Of a stretch of 64,000 bases of DNA, positions 1-15,062 are shown in pieces; position 1 is the first letter of the stretch, and each line of letters starts with the position of its first letter. Position numbers and translations under genes: made by a program. Below the pieces are notes generated by a model that saw nothing but the letters and a program-made list of their open reading frames with translations, did not search any database and was not told the DNA's origin. This DNA is from Hyphochytrium catenoides. Its lineage: Eukaryota > Protista > Hyphochytriomycota. The DNA is taken from contig FLMG01000460.1 of NCBI GenBank assembly GCA_900088475.1, positions 1 to 64,000 of the forward strand. Reading direction: 5' to 3'.

Positions 1-558
<558 letters not shown>

Positions 559-777
559 GGCTTTTCAATTTCGATTTATGGCTATCTCTTGAGGAAAGGA
601 CACTATGGGTTCCAGTTTGCTCTTGCGTATGCTGGAGAAGGTTTGATAATGAGGAAGAGAAGCTGAGGCGGGTGCAAAGCTTGCCTCGTCTATGAACGGA
701 AGACTGCGGGAGAGGCGCTGAGTAATACTTTGTAGTGTGCTAGCACTAGAACTATTACCTCGGAATTTCTTTGTTCT

Positions 778-793
778 CGAATATCGATATTCG
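778..793. promoter_or_regulatory. Perfect 16-bp palindrome overlapping an HSE-like element upstream of polyubiquitin
   Basis: CGAATATCGATATTCG is its own reverse complement and overlaps TTCTCGAA (TTCnnGAA), about 220 nt upstream of the ATG. Function is inferred. Confidence 0.4.
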
Positions 794-1717
794 TCAGGCT
801 TCGATTCAGACTCACGAAATCGAAATTGTTTTGGAGTTAGTATTGAAAGGAGATGTGTGTTTGGGAAATGGGGAGAAAGAGTGTAAGAGGAAGAGGGAGG
901 AGGGGTCAAAGTGGTTCCTAGAGTCTTGACTCGTGTCACACTTCGTTTCCGATGTGGATGAGGCATTACCACATCGCAGACTCATACTAAAGGTGTTCAT
1001 ATGATAGGTGTATCTCTATAGAGAAGGCTCACACACACGTTGGATAGAGGTAGGCTCCTACTAAGGCGAACTTTCTGAGAAGTGAAGATCGCGTTTCTGG
1101 AGGTTGTGGGGAGGATTTCGATGCCCTTCGGTACTACTACTGCTCCTTTATCCCTTACCCTTACACACTGGATCGCGCATTATTACTAGGGTTGGCGGTT
1201 ATTTCTAGCCTGGGCAGACAGTCCGCAAACCTGCTGTTCTACCTGGTTGTATGCGAGTAATGAAAAGACTGAGCTAGAGGCTCTTCAATTTCGTGTTTAC
1301 CCAGAGATATCGATCAGTCTCCCTACATTCTACCCTGCCCTCCATCGTTCAATTTCGGATATCCGTTATCAAGAAAGTTATTGTCACAACGTCAAGGGGG
1401 ATGTCCCACCCATCAAGAAACATACGAAAGCTTCTTTATAATTGTCGTGAAAGTTTCTATAAGCCTAGGATACAAGGAGAAACTGCAACTAGCCCTGAAA
1501 GTATTTGCCATGAAAGATTGCCTTTTGAACAAAGCTTCTGCCAACTTCCCAGAAAATTCTTCTTAAAGTACCGCTAACGGGTGAAAAGCATGTAAGGGCG
1601 TTAGCAGCTCCTCCTCGCTGGCGACGTTTCAACCAAAGCGCTGGCCCACGCGTTGCCCCAGCGCCCCAATGTTGCCCAGTCCTAGGCCTCCCTGCATTTG
1701 CCATTGTACCTCGGCCA

Positions 1718-2076
1718 TTACATTCTGAGATCAGAATGTGAGATCAGCTGGATGCGTCCACATAGCTCATCCAACCATCGACACACCTCTGAAGCAAGTT
1801 GAGGTAAAGCAGGATCTCTGAGATCTAATAAAAGCTCCATCATCATGTAAGGGCAGGGGAACTCACAGCAGGAAGAGAAGTCGGTGGTGTTCACAAGGGC
1901 TAAGAAGAGCGATGTTGGTAGGTCCACTCGCTGGGGTGGACCCTGGCTGTCTTCTAAGTGGATCAGCATGGTGCCTCTACCCTTTGCAAACGGGGGCTTA
2001 CTATAGTTCTGCTGTAGCCAGTAAGTGGGATCGCGTGTCACCGCATCACTCAACAAGTATATGGAGGTATTATCTG
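1718..2076 (-). CDS. Possible exon of an unidentified small gene
   Basis: About 118 open codons preceded by an acceptor-like TTTATCCTACAG. No recognisable motif and no start exon found. Confidence 0.25.
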
Positions 2077-2337
2077 TAGGATAAATAGTAAGTGTGCTGG
2101 GCGGGAGCCGTTGTTGCTTCGCGCATTATCACATCGACTTGTGGAGATAAACAGTCAGCGTGGCTCTGTTGGAGCAGAAGTTATGGCGTTATGGCCTTCC
2201 AATTGTCCCGTTCGTAGGATTTTTTTCTACAACCGACTAGGAAGGATCATCTGCTTTTTTCTTTTTCCCCATCCTGCTAGGTTCTACTGTCACTTCACTC
2301 CTAATGTTAAGACTTGAATAAACAAGAGCTTGAACCA

Positions 2338-5300
2338 CTAGAGCAGCGGTTGTATGAGCGCCAGGTCGACAACGTGCTGATGCTGGCGAACAAACTCCAG
2401 CAATGGTTGCCACTTGTCGTTGCCTAAACCTGTGTGTCCGATATCTGGAGAGCCCTTATGAGACTCTTTCTCAGACTTCTCGTTAGCTTGACCGCCTTCA
2501 CTTAGTCCTTGCAAATGCTTGCGTTGATTGTAGAGCTTTATCAAAGTCAGCGCCTCCTCAAATCGTTTGTGCTGCAATCTATGAGACACAGGACAAGGAG
2601 AGTGAGAGACAAAGATGACGCTTGTGGTCGGTGGTTAGAGATTTGGCAGTGGACTTACATAACATTGAGCAAGTTATAGATCTTGCCCTTGCGAACCAAG
2701 TACTGCACGAACAGCGGGAAATAAGAGGTTCCCTGCAACTTTTCGTGCTGCAGTTCATCATCCAGCTTATCGAAAGCACTATGGATGAGATCTGCGTCGC
2801 TTTCAAAGAGCAGGCTCTCCTCATCTGTTGAGCTTGAGATGGAATCGAAAGAGGTAGAAAAGGAAGCAGAAGGAAGAAGCTCCCTTAAAACCTCCAGTGA
2901 CGCCCCATCATTGATAAGTTCCATCAGGCACTCATGCCTTGTTGAAGAGTGAGGTATGACTGCATGGCAGAACACAGAATGTGAGCGTCCGCGTCAGCAA
3001 GAAACCGAAAGAATAGGATGATAATTGGAGTCGTCCGAGGTGACCTGTCCTAGCAGAACGAAGCTGTGGAGATTGTTGGCAGGGCGAAGAAATAATAAAC
3101 GTTTGGAGCTAAGGGAGGTAGGCTAGTCCCCCTTACCGAGAGCGCATCGGACAGCAAGGCTATAGAACTCCTGCCCAAGTTCCCTGAAGCGTTGTACAAA
3201 GTGCGATACCTCCACATCTAGAATGTGCGGGCAAGTCTGGAGCAACACTAGCAGCTCGTTCAGAAGCTGGAAAACGCGAGGCCTTGAAAGACCATAGACC
3301 TGTCCTTCTTCATCTGTTCGAGGTGCAGCCGAGATTTCGCATCCGCACATTTAGCAGTAATGTTAGTTCTTCTTATGGTAGTGACCGGCTGTTGTGAACT
3401 GACTAAAAGAACGAGGAACGTGCTTCAAAAAGAAAAGTTGAGTTCAGAGTGAGGGAACTTTTGGTCCTTAACGCACCTTTCTTCTTCTGCATTGCAAGGC
3501 TTCCATACAGGTTCCTGTGTGCCTGCCTTCTCTTGGCTTCCAGGAGCTCTTCCAGCGGCTGCATGAGTGTCACCCGCCAGATGTTGATGAGGTCCCTCGT
3601 CTGTTAATTAGATGCCATAATTAAACGAATGATTGTGAGCAAGAAACTCACAAGGTAACGCCTGCCATAATTCAATGCACGGAGTATGTCTACTTCCGCA
3701 CCTGTCCTAGGTATGGAGATAGTTGTGCCAATGGATGCAGAAGGCCAAACAGCTGGCGGTACATTCCCAAGCTAAGCATTTGCTTTAAGATTCCAGTCCA
3801 AAGCAGCGGATCGCGGAGACTGAAGTCTACCATAAGCCGACACAGCAGTTCTAATACGCCCCCATCTCCTTTGTGATCTCTCCAAAGACCTCTAACCAGC
3901 CCCTCCTTGGAGCAGCTCATAAGGTCATTGATAGTCATCGGAAGCCGTAGCTCTTGAAAGTAGATCATGTAGCAGCAATACTGCATTTGAAAAGTCATTG
4001 GTCAGAGCGTCACGGAGGTATGGGGTGTCGACCGAGCAAGAACCCAGGATGGGAGTCATGGGAGGCAGTATAACAAAGGGATGTCATACGAGGAGCTTTG
4101 TACCTTCCAGTAGGATTCAAAAGTTCCATGATCTGTGTGTGAGATTTTCTCAATAAGACTGCGATCACAGAGAAGAGTCAAAGTTCTTAGGGCCCGTGCT
4201 CGAGCTCGAAAGGTGATCTTGGACGTTTCTTGAGTACGCTCCGCGAACCTGAACAGAAAGGACGCTATTTGCTCCCTTGCTCTCTCTGACAGAAAGAGTG
4301 TCAGTGCAATTGGACGGCCGGTCTACAATTACCCTTGCCCTCTAACCTTCTTCCTCTTCTGCATTTTGATTTTTCCGTATTAGCTTGCTGTACCATGCCA
4401 TGTATAGTAGACGTAAAACGTAGTCATTATCTCTCTCTTCCCTCTCTTCACTTGCTGTCTTGTCATAGATGGATTGTGCTTTGGCGGAATAGAGGTCCAA
4501 CAGCGATGACGGACCCATAGGATCATGCTCAACGGAATGGCCCCAGGAATCCCTACCAGAAATAGCAGCAAGTTAGAGGCTCTCGTGCGGTGGGTAGATG
4601 AAGACCATAACATAGCTGGTAACCCTAGAAGATAAGACGTCTACTTGAAGCTGAACTCCAAAAGAAAGCTAGGTTAACTCATATGAACCAGCGGCGATGC
4701 GGGCGGAAGGTAAATAGAATGGTCCGAGCGTGTTGTGCCTACGTTATTTGGGTTTCCGCAACCAGCCAATCCTGCACCATCTTCATCCTCAGACTATTGC
4801 TATCCAGCTCGTGGATAGCCGCGACCTCATCAGCTACGATATGAAGGCAGGCTCCATCTGCTTCCTCCCTAAAAGGGTAGTCTACGTTAGTTGCGCATTA
4901 TAGGGAAAATTTCCTGACGTAGCTCCACCTGCTCTTTACAAGTTCCTTGGCCGCTGCACTAGGGGCATGTCGAAAGTAAAGTGCCACGAACATCTCCGTC
5001 GGCCTGTGAAGGAGCTCTAGCAGATCTGAAGAGTCAAAGCTTAGTCGAGAAAAGCAGAGCTCCGTCTGCACTCTCTTGAGGCGAGTGTTTAATCGGTGGA
5101 TCTTCTCTTCTATAAAGGTTGACGAAGGTTAAAGTTAGTTCCAGAGAATAATCCATCTTCGAAGCCTCAGTTTCTCAAGAGAAAAGGGTAGGTTAACGGT
5201 ATTGAGAGAAGAAGGAGAAATGTTGCGCAGCATCAGTAGAGTTGACTACATTCAATGGACGCAACCAGATGACGGCTGTGTAGCACGTGATCAGAGGATC

Positions 5301-8300
5301 ACAGTTGCGCCATATGTGCTACTCACCGGATGCATCGGCTTTCTTCGCCTCCTGTAAGGCCAGCTCCAAAAGCTCTACCTGTTCTTTTGACAATGAGAAC
5401 TGGCCCGCTAGCCACTCTATGGCCTCTGTTCGTTTTTCTCCGGCTGTAATTTCCATAATTATTGCTAGAAAATCATGAGTTTTCGTGCCAGCTGGAAGCG
5501 GTTGCTTATGTTTTCCTGCACTTCCTCCTACTCCGTCCCGGGTGAGGGCAGCCTGTTGATGCTTGACTTCCTTCCTGAGTAGTAGCAGGAAAAATTCTTG
5601 CCTTTCCAATTTCAGTGGCTCCGCGAGGAGGAGGAGCTTATTAAGGTTGTCCTGCGAAATCACATCGCCAATGGCTACCCAAGGTTCCTTAAGGAGGGCA
5701 TGAAAGGGAAGCGCGATGCCAATGCCCGAAGGGCTCTCTGCGAAACTTCTTAGGAAAATGAGTACCTAGTGCGTTTGGTTGAGGTTAGCGGTGGTTCAAT
5801 GAGTCCTCGACCTCCCAGGTCCGTCATACTTTCTTCACCAATCTGACTCCATGGCATAAGGCACCAATCCTTCCACCTTTGATACTAATCCCAGCACATC
5901 TTTGGGTATATCTGAACCTTTATGGTATCCCCGCTCCGTCTATCTTCTCTCTCAGATCGCTAGCCTCAAATTTTACCTGAACTGCTGACTTTAGCATCGC
6001 TCTGTCCAGTGTGGTTGGGAACTGAAGCAGTAGCTGATGCACGAACAGAAGACGCCCATAGTCCATAGGAGGAAGCTCTGGAAGAATCCTTTCCAATACC
6101 TTTGCTACCGAAGGAGGCGGGATATCTCCCAGGACCCTGGCAACCTTATCTGGATAAGTATTTCCTGAGGGATGGAGAGACTCAGAAGGAGACAGAGGCG
6201 TTGAGGAGTAAGGAATGCAGGGGTACATCTCAGGCATTAGTGAGATTTGCACCAAAGCTTGTTATGTCATAATAAAGCCACATAGCCAAGGCGGGATCCG
6301 GTGCCCATACCGGTGATGCTCGCAGTATCGGTAAGAACCTCTTCTATGTACTGTAGGAGTGGTGCTGAGGGCGGGAGCCCATAATTCTCTCCAAAAGTAA
6401 TCGCTAGATTGAGATTTAAGTGGGATTTCTGGAGAAGGGGTTTCAGCAGCATATGGGCGTAAGGAGGATGCTCTCCAGCTTCATCTGTTGGAGTTAGGAA
6501 ACTTCTGTGGTCAAAGGGAATACCTGGACCAAGACACGGATTAGTGGAGTGGGGCCTGGATAAGATCTATTTACAGAGCTCTAACGCCGTCTTTCTCGAG
6601 GTGTTATGAATACAACTCTCCCTCTCTTTCTTCCCAGTCTTCTCGTCGTCAGGTCCATACACATACCAAGTGAGCACAGCTTCATCCACCAAAAGGCGTT
6701 TGTCTCTAGGCTTTTGCACTGCTCAAGGAATTGAGGCTGTTGCCATGCTGTCGCGGCATCCACTCCGAGACAGGCTAGCTGTAGGAGTCTCTTGTAGTCC
6801 TAGTAGATGCAAATGAGCATCACCCCATATGAGTTCAAGGCAGGGAGAGGAGTGACAAATAACAGTAGAAAGGAGACGGAGAGGATCTGCTTTCCATGCT
6901 ACCTGGTTTGAGTGCTCTCGGTTCAGATGGTACTTAAACCTGCCAAATGCCGCAGCAGGAGACAGGGAAAGGAGCAGGCCCAAAGCTTGTTCATGATCTA
7001 CTCTTTGAGATGAGAGAAGTTTGTCCGCTACCCTTTGCAGCTGCTGTTCAACCAGCTGTTCCCATTGCCTTCGCATTCCCTCACTCCTTGCTCCCTCCTC
7101 ATCAGCAATATGCTGCGGCTGAACAGAGGAGAGCAGCGATAGTGCCTCATGGTCTGCGCTGTTGGAGATGAGATAGCTCACAAGCTCCAAGGTGCATTCA
7201 GGCACATGCTCTGTTGGAGACGTTAGAGATTGATAGAGCATTGGTCAGCAGGTAAATGTGAATGTCAATGTTTGTGAGTCGCTAGATCAGTTGAGGAGCT
7301 AAGTGAGCAGTGAAATTTTAACACTCATATGACTGGTGGGCCACAGAAGCATTGGAGAATTATTAAGAGACCCGAGCATCAATAAGTCTGCTGACTAAAC
7401 ATGCGTGGAGCGCCCAACAAGGAGAACATAAGGACAAGAGATGGAGGGTAACAAGAAGTGTCACTGCAGGTAGTCACTGACACTACCTAGATAAAAACAC
7501 ATACCCTTATCAGGACTGCCTGACTTGTGCCGATAGCGCAATCTCTCCTCTGTAAATCGGAGGGCCAACTGCATCGCTGGCAGAGTATCGAGGACGATAG
7601 AGTCACCACGGTACCAATGCGAATGCAGGCTATGCAGGGATTTCTCGTGCAAGGCAACTGCAGTCGAGAACGGGATTTCCTCCTAGCGGGATCAAGTTCA
7701 ATAGTTGCGAATGAGGCGAGAAAGGGAGGCATCTGATCAGAACGAGAACAGCGGTTGTCGATCTTTCAAGGGCACCAAATGAAACTCTTACACTAGAGAG
7801 CTGGGCGAGTGAGGTGTGATAGATACAAGGCTTCAATGAAATAGAAGCTATGCAGAACAAAGCGAGACGATAGTAATATGTGACAGGGAAAGAGGTCCTA
7901 ACGGGATGGAAGGGAGTAACAGTTCGGGAGTGAACATAACATTCCGAGAGAAGAGGGTGGGCTTTACCTTATAATTCGCAGCCTTTTGTCTGCTTTCGTC
8001 ATCAACGTCCCAATCCTCAGTAAATTTGTCAGTCTCGCACCTCGCCAGAACACTTTTCAAGTCGAGGGCAAGTGAATAAGTACATAGATTAGAGTCTAGG
8101 TCTTCCTCTGATGGCGAAAAGGCCAGGGGTTGAAGAAGCTCAAGCGTTAGGTCACTTAGGGCTCGACAGCTTTTCTCGCACTGCAAGGGATTATCCGGGA
8201 ACATCATCTGCCCGAAGGAATGAACCAATATAAAGCAACGTTAGGCAATTTTTGTTGTTGCCACTTGCGATAGCACTGGACCCGTAGAGGTGAGATGAGG

Positions 8301-11300
8301 GCACAAGGCCCTATTCAAGAAGGCCATAGAACATGACACATAGCGAGAAGATTGGTCGTCAATCACCTGCGGGCTGTTGGCAGCATATGCCAGGAGCTCC
8401 GATGGCTCGATCGCCGGCTGCTTAGTTGGACAGGACTTGGCACAAAGCGAAGGAGAAGGAGACAGGACGCTCGCTGGATTAGAGAGATTCTGACAGAACT
8501 GTAGCGCTTGTCCAGCTTCTAGGTGTTTCAGAGCCTGCCTCGCCAAGAGATTCCGAAACTCCTGCCGAGAACAGCCCAAGAGTTCCGCTAGGGGACCGAG
8601 GCGGGAAAGCAGCCTCTGAAGGGAGTCTAAGCAGGAAGATTGAGCGAGAAAAAGCGTCAGGAGGAGATAAACATTAGCGCCTAATGAGGCCAACACATCA
8701 GCGACTCTATCGGTCAAGCCAGAATATCCTAGGGTTTCTACATGGCCCCGAAAGTATCTTCTGAGCTTAGCATCAACTTTCTCGTTCTCAAACTCACCCA
8801 CGTCATCCACAGCATCCCGTAGGCCGCTGGCATTAACTCTTATGATATCCAGTAGTACTGAGGAGCACAAGCACTTCGACAACAGAGACGTAGGAGCGAG
8901 GAAAACGCGATAGGTATCCTGAAGGATTCTAATTCTATTCAGGAGATCTTGTATCGTCTCCAAGTCGTAGTATAAGCCATTGATCTGCTCATTCTCGTCC
9001 ACCCTCTTCCTTATAAAGCCGAGAAGGAGAACCGCTGTTTGGGAAGCTATACACTGCACGGATAGAAGGGGAATCAAGCAAGGCACAGCTTAGATTCAAG
9101 TCTCATGTCTATCTTAACCTTTGTCTTCTAGTGACTCTCACTTTGCTTAGGTGTTCAGGTGCCTCAAGCGTCCCTCCCTACAGTATTTTCTTACCTCTAA
9201 CTCATGGTTGTGGCTTTCTGCTGAAGTGCAGTGGTGAAAGAAAGGCGGTGTAGCATTCTCCTTGGCAGCCTCCTCAAGGATAGTAATGCACATTCCCAGG
9301 ACCTGTTGAGCCACGGAGTGTGCAAGAGATAGAGGCGAGATGCGCTCCAGATGGTGAAGAATCAGCTCTGGTCTAGAGAGGTGAGATATAGGTTTTTCAG
9401 ATCCTTGCGGGCTACGGACGTCCTCCTGTTGTGTACCGTCTTCATGGTGCCAATCACGCTCACCCTATAGCGAATAACAACTCTTTAGTGTCTGCGGGGA
9501 AGAGACTGAAGGATAGAGGAGCAACGGAGCGTCGTCGTTATGTCCGTAGGGCGAAGGCCATGGAGGCGACTCTGAGTTGAGGTTCGAAAGGAGGTTTTCG
9601 TGCCAAAAGGTGCTATATGGGTGACTTCAGATGCAAAGTCGTAGCTCTCACAACATACTGACAGACGAGGTATATAGCCGAAAGCTGTCCAACGTAAGGT
9701 AAACCGTTCGTACCTCCCAGAGGATCAGGTTTTCTAGGTACTCAGCCCAAGCTTCACCCTCCTTTAGGTACGAAAATGCCGACACCAGCATCAGGCCCTC
9801 GCGAAGGGCATGAGGCGAATTAACTTGGGAGAGGACATGCGAAAGGAGTCGGCGGACCTGGCGGGGGTCAGCCAGGTCACAGGATTTGACCCCGTGGCGA
9901 GAGAACATGCCCTGTACAACAGCAAAGAAGCAAGAACAAGCAGCCCAAGTGCAAGTGACAGGGTGGAGGGAATGATGGTGTGAGATCACAAGGGCGGTAT
10001 TGGATACCCTAAGGGACAGAAAATCAAGGAATGGTGCGAAGGCAATGAAAGGTCCAAGAGAAATTCAACTTAACGCCAAGGAGGCGATCTGGAAAGATTG
10101 GAATGTCTAGCGGATAGGGTTAGCGATGCAGTAGTACCTCAAGTTCCATTAACTTGATCTGTTCCTGGACTTCCTCCTGTCTTCTGGTGGGCCAAGCTTT
10201 CACATTCGCCATCAGTTCCATAATAGACGAAGAAAAGGGAGGTTGAACACTTCTCAAGAGACAGAGAGCAGCCGATATCTTTTCTTCTAGCAGCGGGATG
10301 CAGGAAATGACTCGAAGGGCTCGAACCTCTTCTGATGTTTTCCCGTTCTAATAGTTGGCAGAAGAAGAGCAAACCGAGAGTGCCGAGAGCACACCAAGAA
10401 AGAAAGTATAAGTTCCGGAGGAGGAAGTGAGAGCACGGTCAAAGACTTGGGAGATTCTTACTCTGATCGTGCCTCCCAGTTCCTCTACGTAGGCACTAAG
10501 AACTTTAGCTGGATTCAGTCCGTGACGCTCACAGTGCGGGAAGACATGGCAAATGATCTCATCAGGAATCATCTCTGGGGCAAGGATTCGATCCATGAGA
10601 TAGAAAGCAACTTGTAGTGGGGTACACTGAAGAGAGAGAGAGATTAACAGATGTCACCAACCATCCTTATCCAGGCCAGCCGTGGATATAGAAAGTATTG
10701 ACAAGGAAAGAAGTTGCATTCTAAAATGGCCAAGGATCAGCCCTCAGGGATAACGTGGAAACGAGAGAGCTTTAGTGCAGCTCCGCTAAGTCCCCACAGA
10801 GCTCCTCACCGCAGCGTATTCGGCAAGGGAGAGGTAGAGACCATGGTTTTGAAGCTCTGTCATATCCAAAAGCTGTTTGCGTAGAATGAGTCCACGATGC
10901 CACGGACTATCCCTCTCCTGGCTCTGCGTAGCCGGTAGACGTATCGCCCAGCTCTGTAATCTGTTACTTGGGGCCATCAATGTTTCCTTCTGTGAGGGTC
11001 TGCTTTCTTCGCCCAGGTCATAGATAACACCTAGTAGCTGCAGTGCGTTCTCTGGAGAACGGTCTATTTCCACCAAAGCCCTAGCCCGCAACTCTATCCA
11101 AAGAATAAGCTGGCCAAACTCGACGCTACTTAACACTGGAATGACGTCTCCTACATGTTGAAGAAGCGATAATAATGGAGGTTACTTATTTGTCCCGACC
11201 TCCTAGGGGACGGACAAGTAACATCATAATTGGTGCTGAGCAAAGCCCAAGACCGACAATAGGGATTGTTTCGCTGCAAGAATGATGGGTTAACTCACCA

Positions 11301-14300
11301 ACAAGCCACGGGCAGATCAAACTGGTGCTAACTTGCAAGGGAAGTTCCCTGATCGAGCTCATCAGAACTGTTAACCATGTCGTAAGTGAGTAATGATGGC
11401 ACAAGCGCTGCGCTTCACTGTACACAATTGTAGGGCAAACGGAGGCAGATGCAGTGACGAGGTGCAGATATCTTCGAGATGTACATCAAGTTGCCGCAGC
11501 CAATGCGGAGTCATAAAAAAGTTGGCGGATATAGTAGCACAGGGACATGCGACAAAGGTCTCATACGTGAAAGCTACCGGATTGCGTTAGGAGATGCCTG
11601 GTGAATGCGGTCTGTACCATGCAAGCCATACCTTCTCGATGCTCGGGCTGTAATATGGACCTGCGATGCCTTCGCCAGATTGCTATGAAAGCCCGTACAT
11701 TTCCAGCCCTCATCTGGGCTTTAAACTCATAGATAATGCGTTGGGTACGAAAGGAATGCCAGCTTGCGGGGCAAAACGGTGCTGAAGGACGAGAAATCAG
11801 CTCAAAAGTCGTCCACTTGTAAAGCAGATCGTCTAGGTCACGGAGCAGGTCTCCCAACCTGCAGAAAGAACTTAATGTCGAGGGGTCGAAAAACAGGTAA
11901 GAAAGAGTCGACTGGCGAGAGGGGTGAAGCACTAGAGACCATACGCTTCGTCAGATCGTGGTACAAAGGGCATGGAGAGCGATCGCGGTATAAATGTATG
12001 AAGAGCGTGTGAGGTCACGGCAGCTCCAACAGTGTAGGGCTAAGGAAGCTACTGACAACACAGAGTACAGCAAGAGAGTTCTCTCTATAAGATACAGCTT
12101 GCCTTCCCACCTAGAGTGCGAAGCATCGCCTAGCCTTTTACTGCACTCGTGCATTTTCCTCTTAAGAAGTTGCGTCACACAGAGAGTGTCCTCAGCCGAG
12201 GGCAAAACAGCACTCAAACAAAGGCTAACCGTCGCCTAGATAGAGGTAAATAAATAGAGTTTAAGTTGCTGCATAGTTCGGTGGGAACACCTCCTACTTA
12301 TTGTGGACCTACCGAAATTTGGAGCAGATCGTCCTTCGAACCGCCACGCGAAGACCCGAAGACCTTGGTAATAAGGTCCAGAACTCGTCGCTGCGTGCTA
12401 TCCCTCAAACAAACAACTCCGTTATGGATCTGTTCGGATGTGTTGAAATAGAATGTGAGTGCGACAACGCGAATGCTATGTTGCTTGCAGTGTACCTCAA
12501 CGTAGTCTACCGTTTCTAGCTGCTGACGTTGTTCGGACACCTCTTCACCTGACGCGCTCTCCACGCGATCTCCGAAGAGCTGGGCATAAACACTCTGGTA
12601 GGCTTTCTCAATATTTTGAAAGAGCTCCCCCAACTGAGCTCGGTAAACCTCTGCGATGTGGAAGCCGAAGCTATCTGACAGCTTCATTGCGGCTTCATAA
12701 TTGCGCTGATGAAGCAGATACTGGAACTTGTGGACAGGCACTGACTCTTCGCAAAGTCGAACGGTGATGCCCTAGGTTAAACGCAAGGGGCATCAAGCAC
12801 AATGGTACTATGAGCTGCAACTCGACCGCACTGAGCGCAAAACAAGCGAGCTTGCAAAGGGCACAGGAAGGACCCGGTAATACCAGCAATGTCCAAGAAT
12901 AAGTATCTAGCAACGAGTGTGCTATGCCACAGAGGGCTACCTTCAACGATAAAGAGAAGAAATGTGTGAAGCTTACGATAACCTACCCCTTCGACATTAG
13001 TCTGGGAGCTGACTAGATAGAATGAGTCCACCGCAAGGTTTAGTGCCAAGACCTTTGAACATTGCGGTACTGTGGATACGACTATTTGTTCCTCGTCTTC
13101 GCTGAGCGAGAGAGGGACCATCTGAATCTCAATGGCGTCTGCCCCTATGTAACCCTAAGATTAGTGTTCGTATTGGCGCGGAAATCTGACTTCGGTGGGA
13201 GTGGAGGTAAGTTTGTAGGGAAACGCAGCAGCTAGAACAAGAGTTGATAGGTTATTTGGGGTGCCGCGACGGAAGTGCGTAATTGAGACTTGCAGTCAGG
13301 GCATTAGCAAGTCAGCCTCACCTTCGGTGACCACTGCTATTCGATGCATTATACCGGTGGAGGACGACTCAAGAAGAGCCATATCCTGTAACTTCAGGTC
13401 CCATCGCTTCACCTCTACCATTTCATAGGCGTCAAAACTGTACAGCGAGGAGGATTCTGTGAGTGTTGCCATCAGAATCATAAGAAAGGTGAAGTCGGCA
13501 TAGGGAGACTAATGAACTACCAGGAAAGCCTGTCCGACTGCTGCACAAGCAGAAAGGTCCCCTGGCTGTCCAGCGCCAGCTTTACGACAGGTGACCGAGG
13601 CACAGAGTTTCTAATAGTATGGAGAAGCGTGGGCGGCGCTTTGGCCTGGAACTGCCAGACAGAGACCAAATTTAGGCCCTCTCCACCTAAGAAGGCGCGC
13701 GATACGAGCGGGGACCGATAGACCTGAGTTTGCAACAAAATATTTTTTGCGACCGCAAGAATTTTGACTCGATGTTAGAGTTGTCAAGCAAACTGGTTTT
13801 AGGGAGGCCTTGGCATTTGTGTTAACAGCGTATATGATAGACCAAGGCAACACATCCTGGAAGACAAGTGAAAGTCTAAACGGTATTTTGAAGACAATGA
13901 GCCAACCTGCATCGTGTTTATAGCTGTGTGGATGCCGGAAAGGCTAACTGACTCTCGTTTAATAGACAATGCGAACTGCTTCACTAGTGCCTTGTTTCCA
14001 GTACGGGCAGCCTCATTCAGAAGATTCAAAGAGAGATTCGAGAAACGAAGAAGACAGTTTGAGTGATCGACCAATAGCAAGTCCTCCGTCTCAGTGGTGG
14101 ATCCATTAGCAGCAGCAGCAAGGGCCATTGCCTGACAGCCAAGTCTACGGTATCATACATACGCGGCGGAGAGATAGAATGATTAAGGAGAAGAACGTGG
14201 ATATCAATCGTGAGCCTGAAAGTGGAACTGACTGTGTTGGGTGAACTCACCTGCCACTTGGAGAGCCTTCACTGAGCTTAGGCGGGCCACCGCCAAGTGT

Positions 14301-15062
14301 TTGAGAGAGAAGAAGGCTCCCATCCTCCTGTCAATATGTAAGGACGAATGTTAGCGTCTTAGTAGGGAGAAACTTGACCATCAAGATCCTAGTTCGCACC
14401 AGCAAGAAATGAAGAGTGCCTGATGCATCCCCAACTACCAAGACTGTACCATCCTTATTCCACGCAGCATGCACTGGCGGTCGACTTAAAGGGGTGAAAG
14501 CACTTCCATCGCCTAGGGAAACAAAGAAGGCCTATCAGCAGCAGTGGGAAGAAATCAAGATCACAAGTCTTAGAGGATGCCCTCACCGTCATCTTCTAGC
14601 GCCGCCGCCTTGGGCCGGGCAGCTGCCCAATGATGGTGATAAATATAAACTCCATCCTCGGTTAGAATGGCGATATTTACCCTTCTAGAGTCTCCTTCTT
14701 GAATGGATGGGTTATAGACGATAGCCCCTGCTACACCAACAACAGAAGAAGAAGCCTTCACTTGTGCACCATCATCTTCCAGGTAGCCTTGAGGATCGAT
14801 GCTGCCAACNNNNNNNNNNNNNNNNNNNNNNNNNNNNNNNNNNNNNNNNNNNNNNNNNNNNNNNNNNNNTTTCTGCACTATTTACCAGTTTGGCCGTACT
14901 CCGACTTTTATTGCTGCCGCTGGAAGTCACCAGTAGTGACTGTCCAACAGGTCTTCCCTGGCTTGCGTTAGGTGCAACATTTCCGAGATCTCTGGCCTCT
15001 AGCTTAGGGGCTAGGAAAGCTCGATTCTCTTTTTCAGTGCCACCGAAGTAGACGCGTTCCAT
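2338..15062 (-). CDS. KNTC1: Kinetochore-associated protein 1 / Rough deal (RZZ subunit), multi-exon
   Basis: Segments match ROD: propeller VLVVGDASGTLHFL; PVHKFQYLLHQRNYEAAMKLSDSFGFHIAEVYRAQ; TNAFWWMKLCSLG; ALPFHALL; Rod_C CSKEGLVRGLWRDH...DPLLWTGILKQML. The introns checked are GT-AG and phase-compatible. An N gap lies in the 5' region. Confidence 0.88.
14810..14869. other. Assembly gap in the 5' part of KNTC1
   Basis: 60 N. Reading frames differ on either side, implying a hidden intron or a wrong gap size. Confidence 0.95.
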
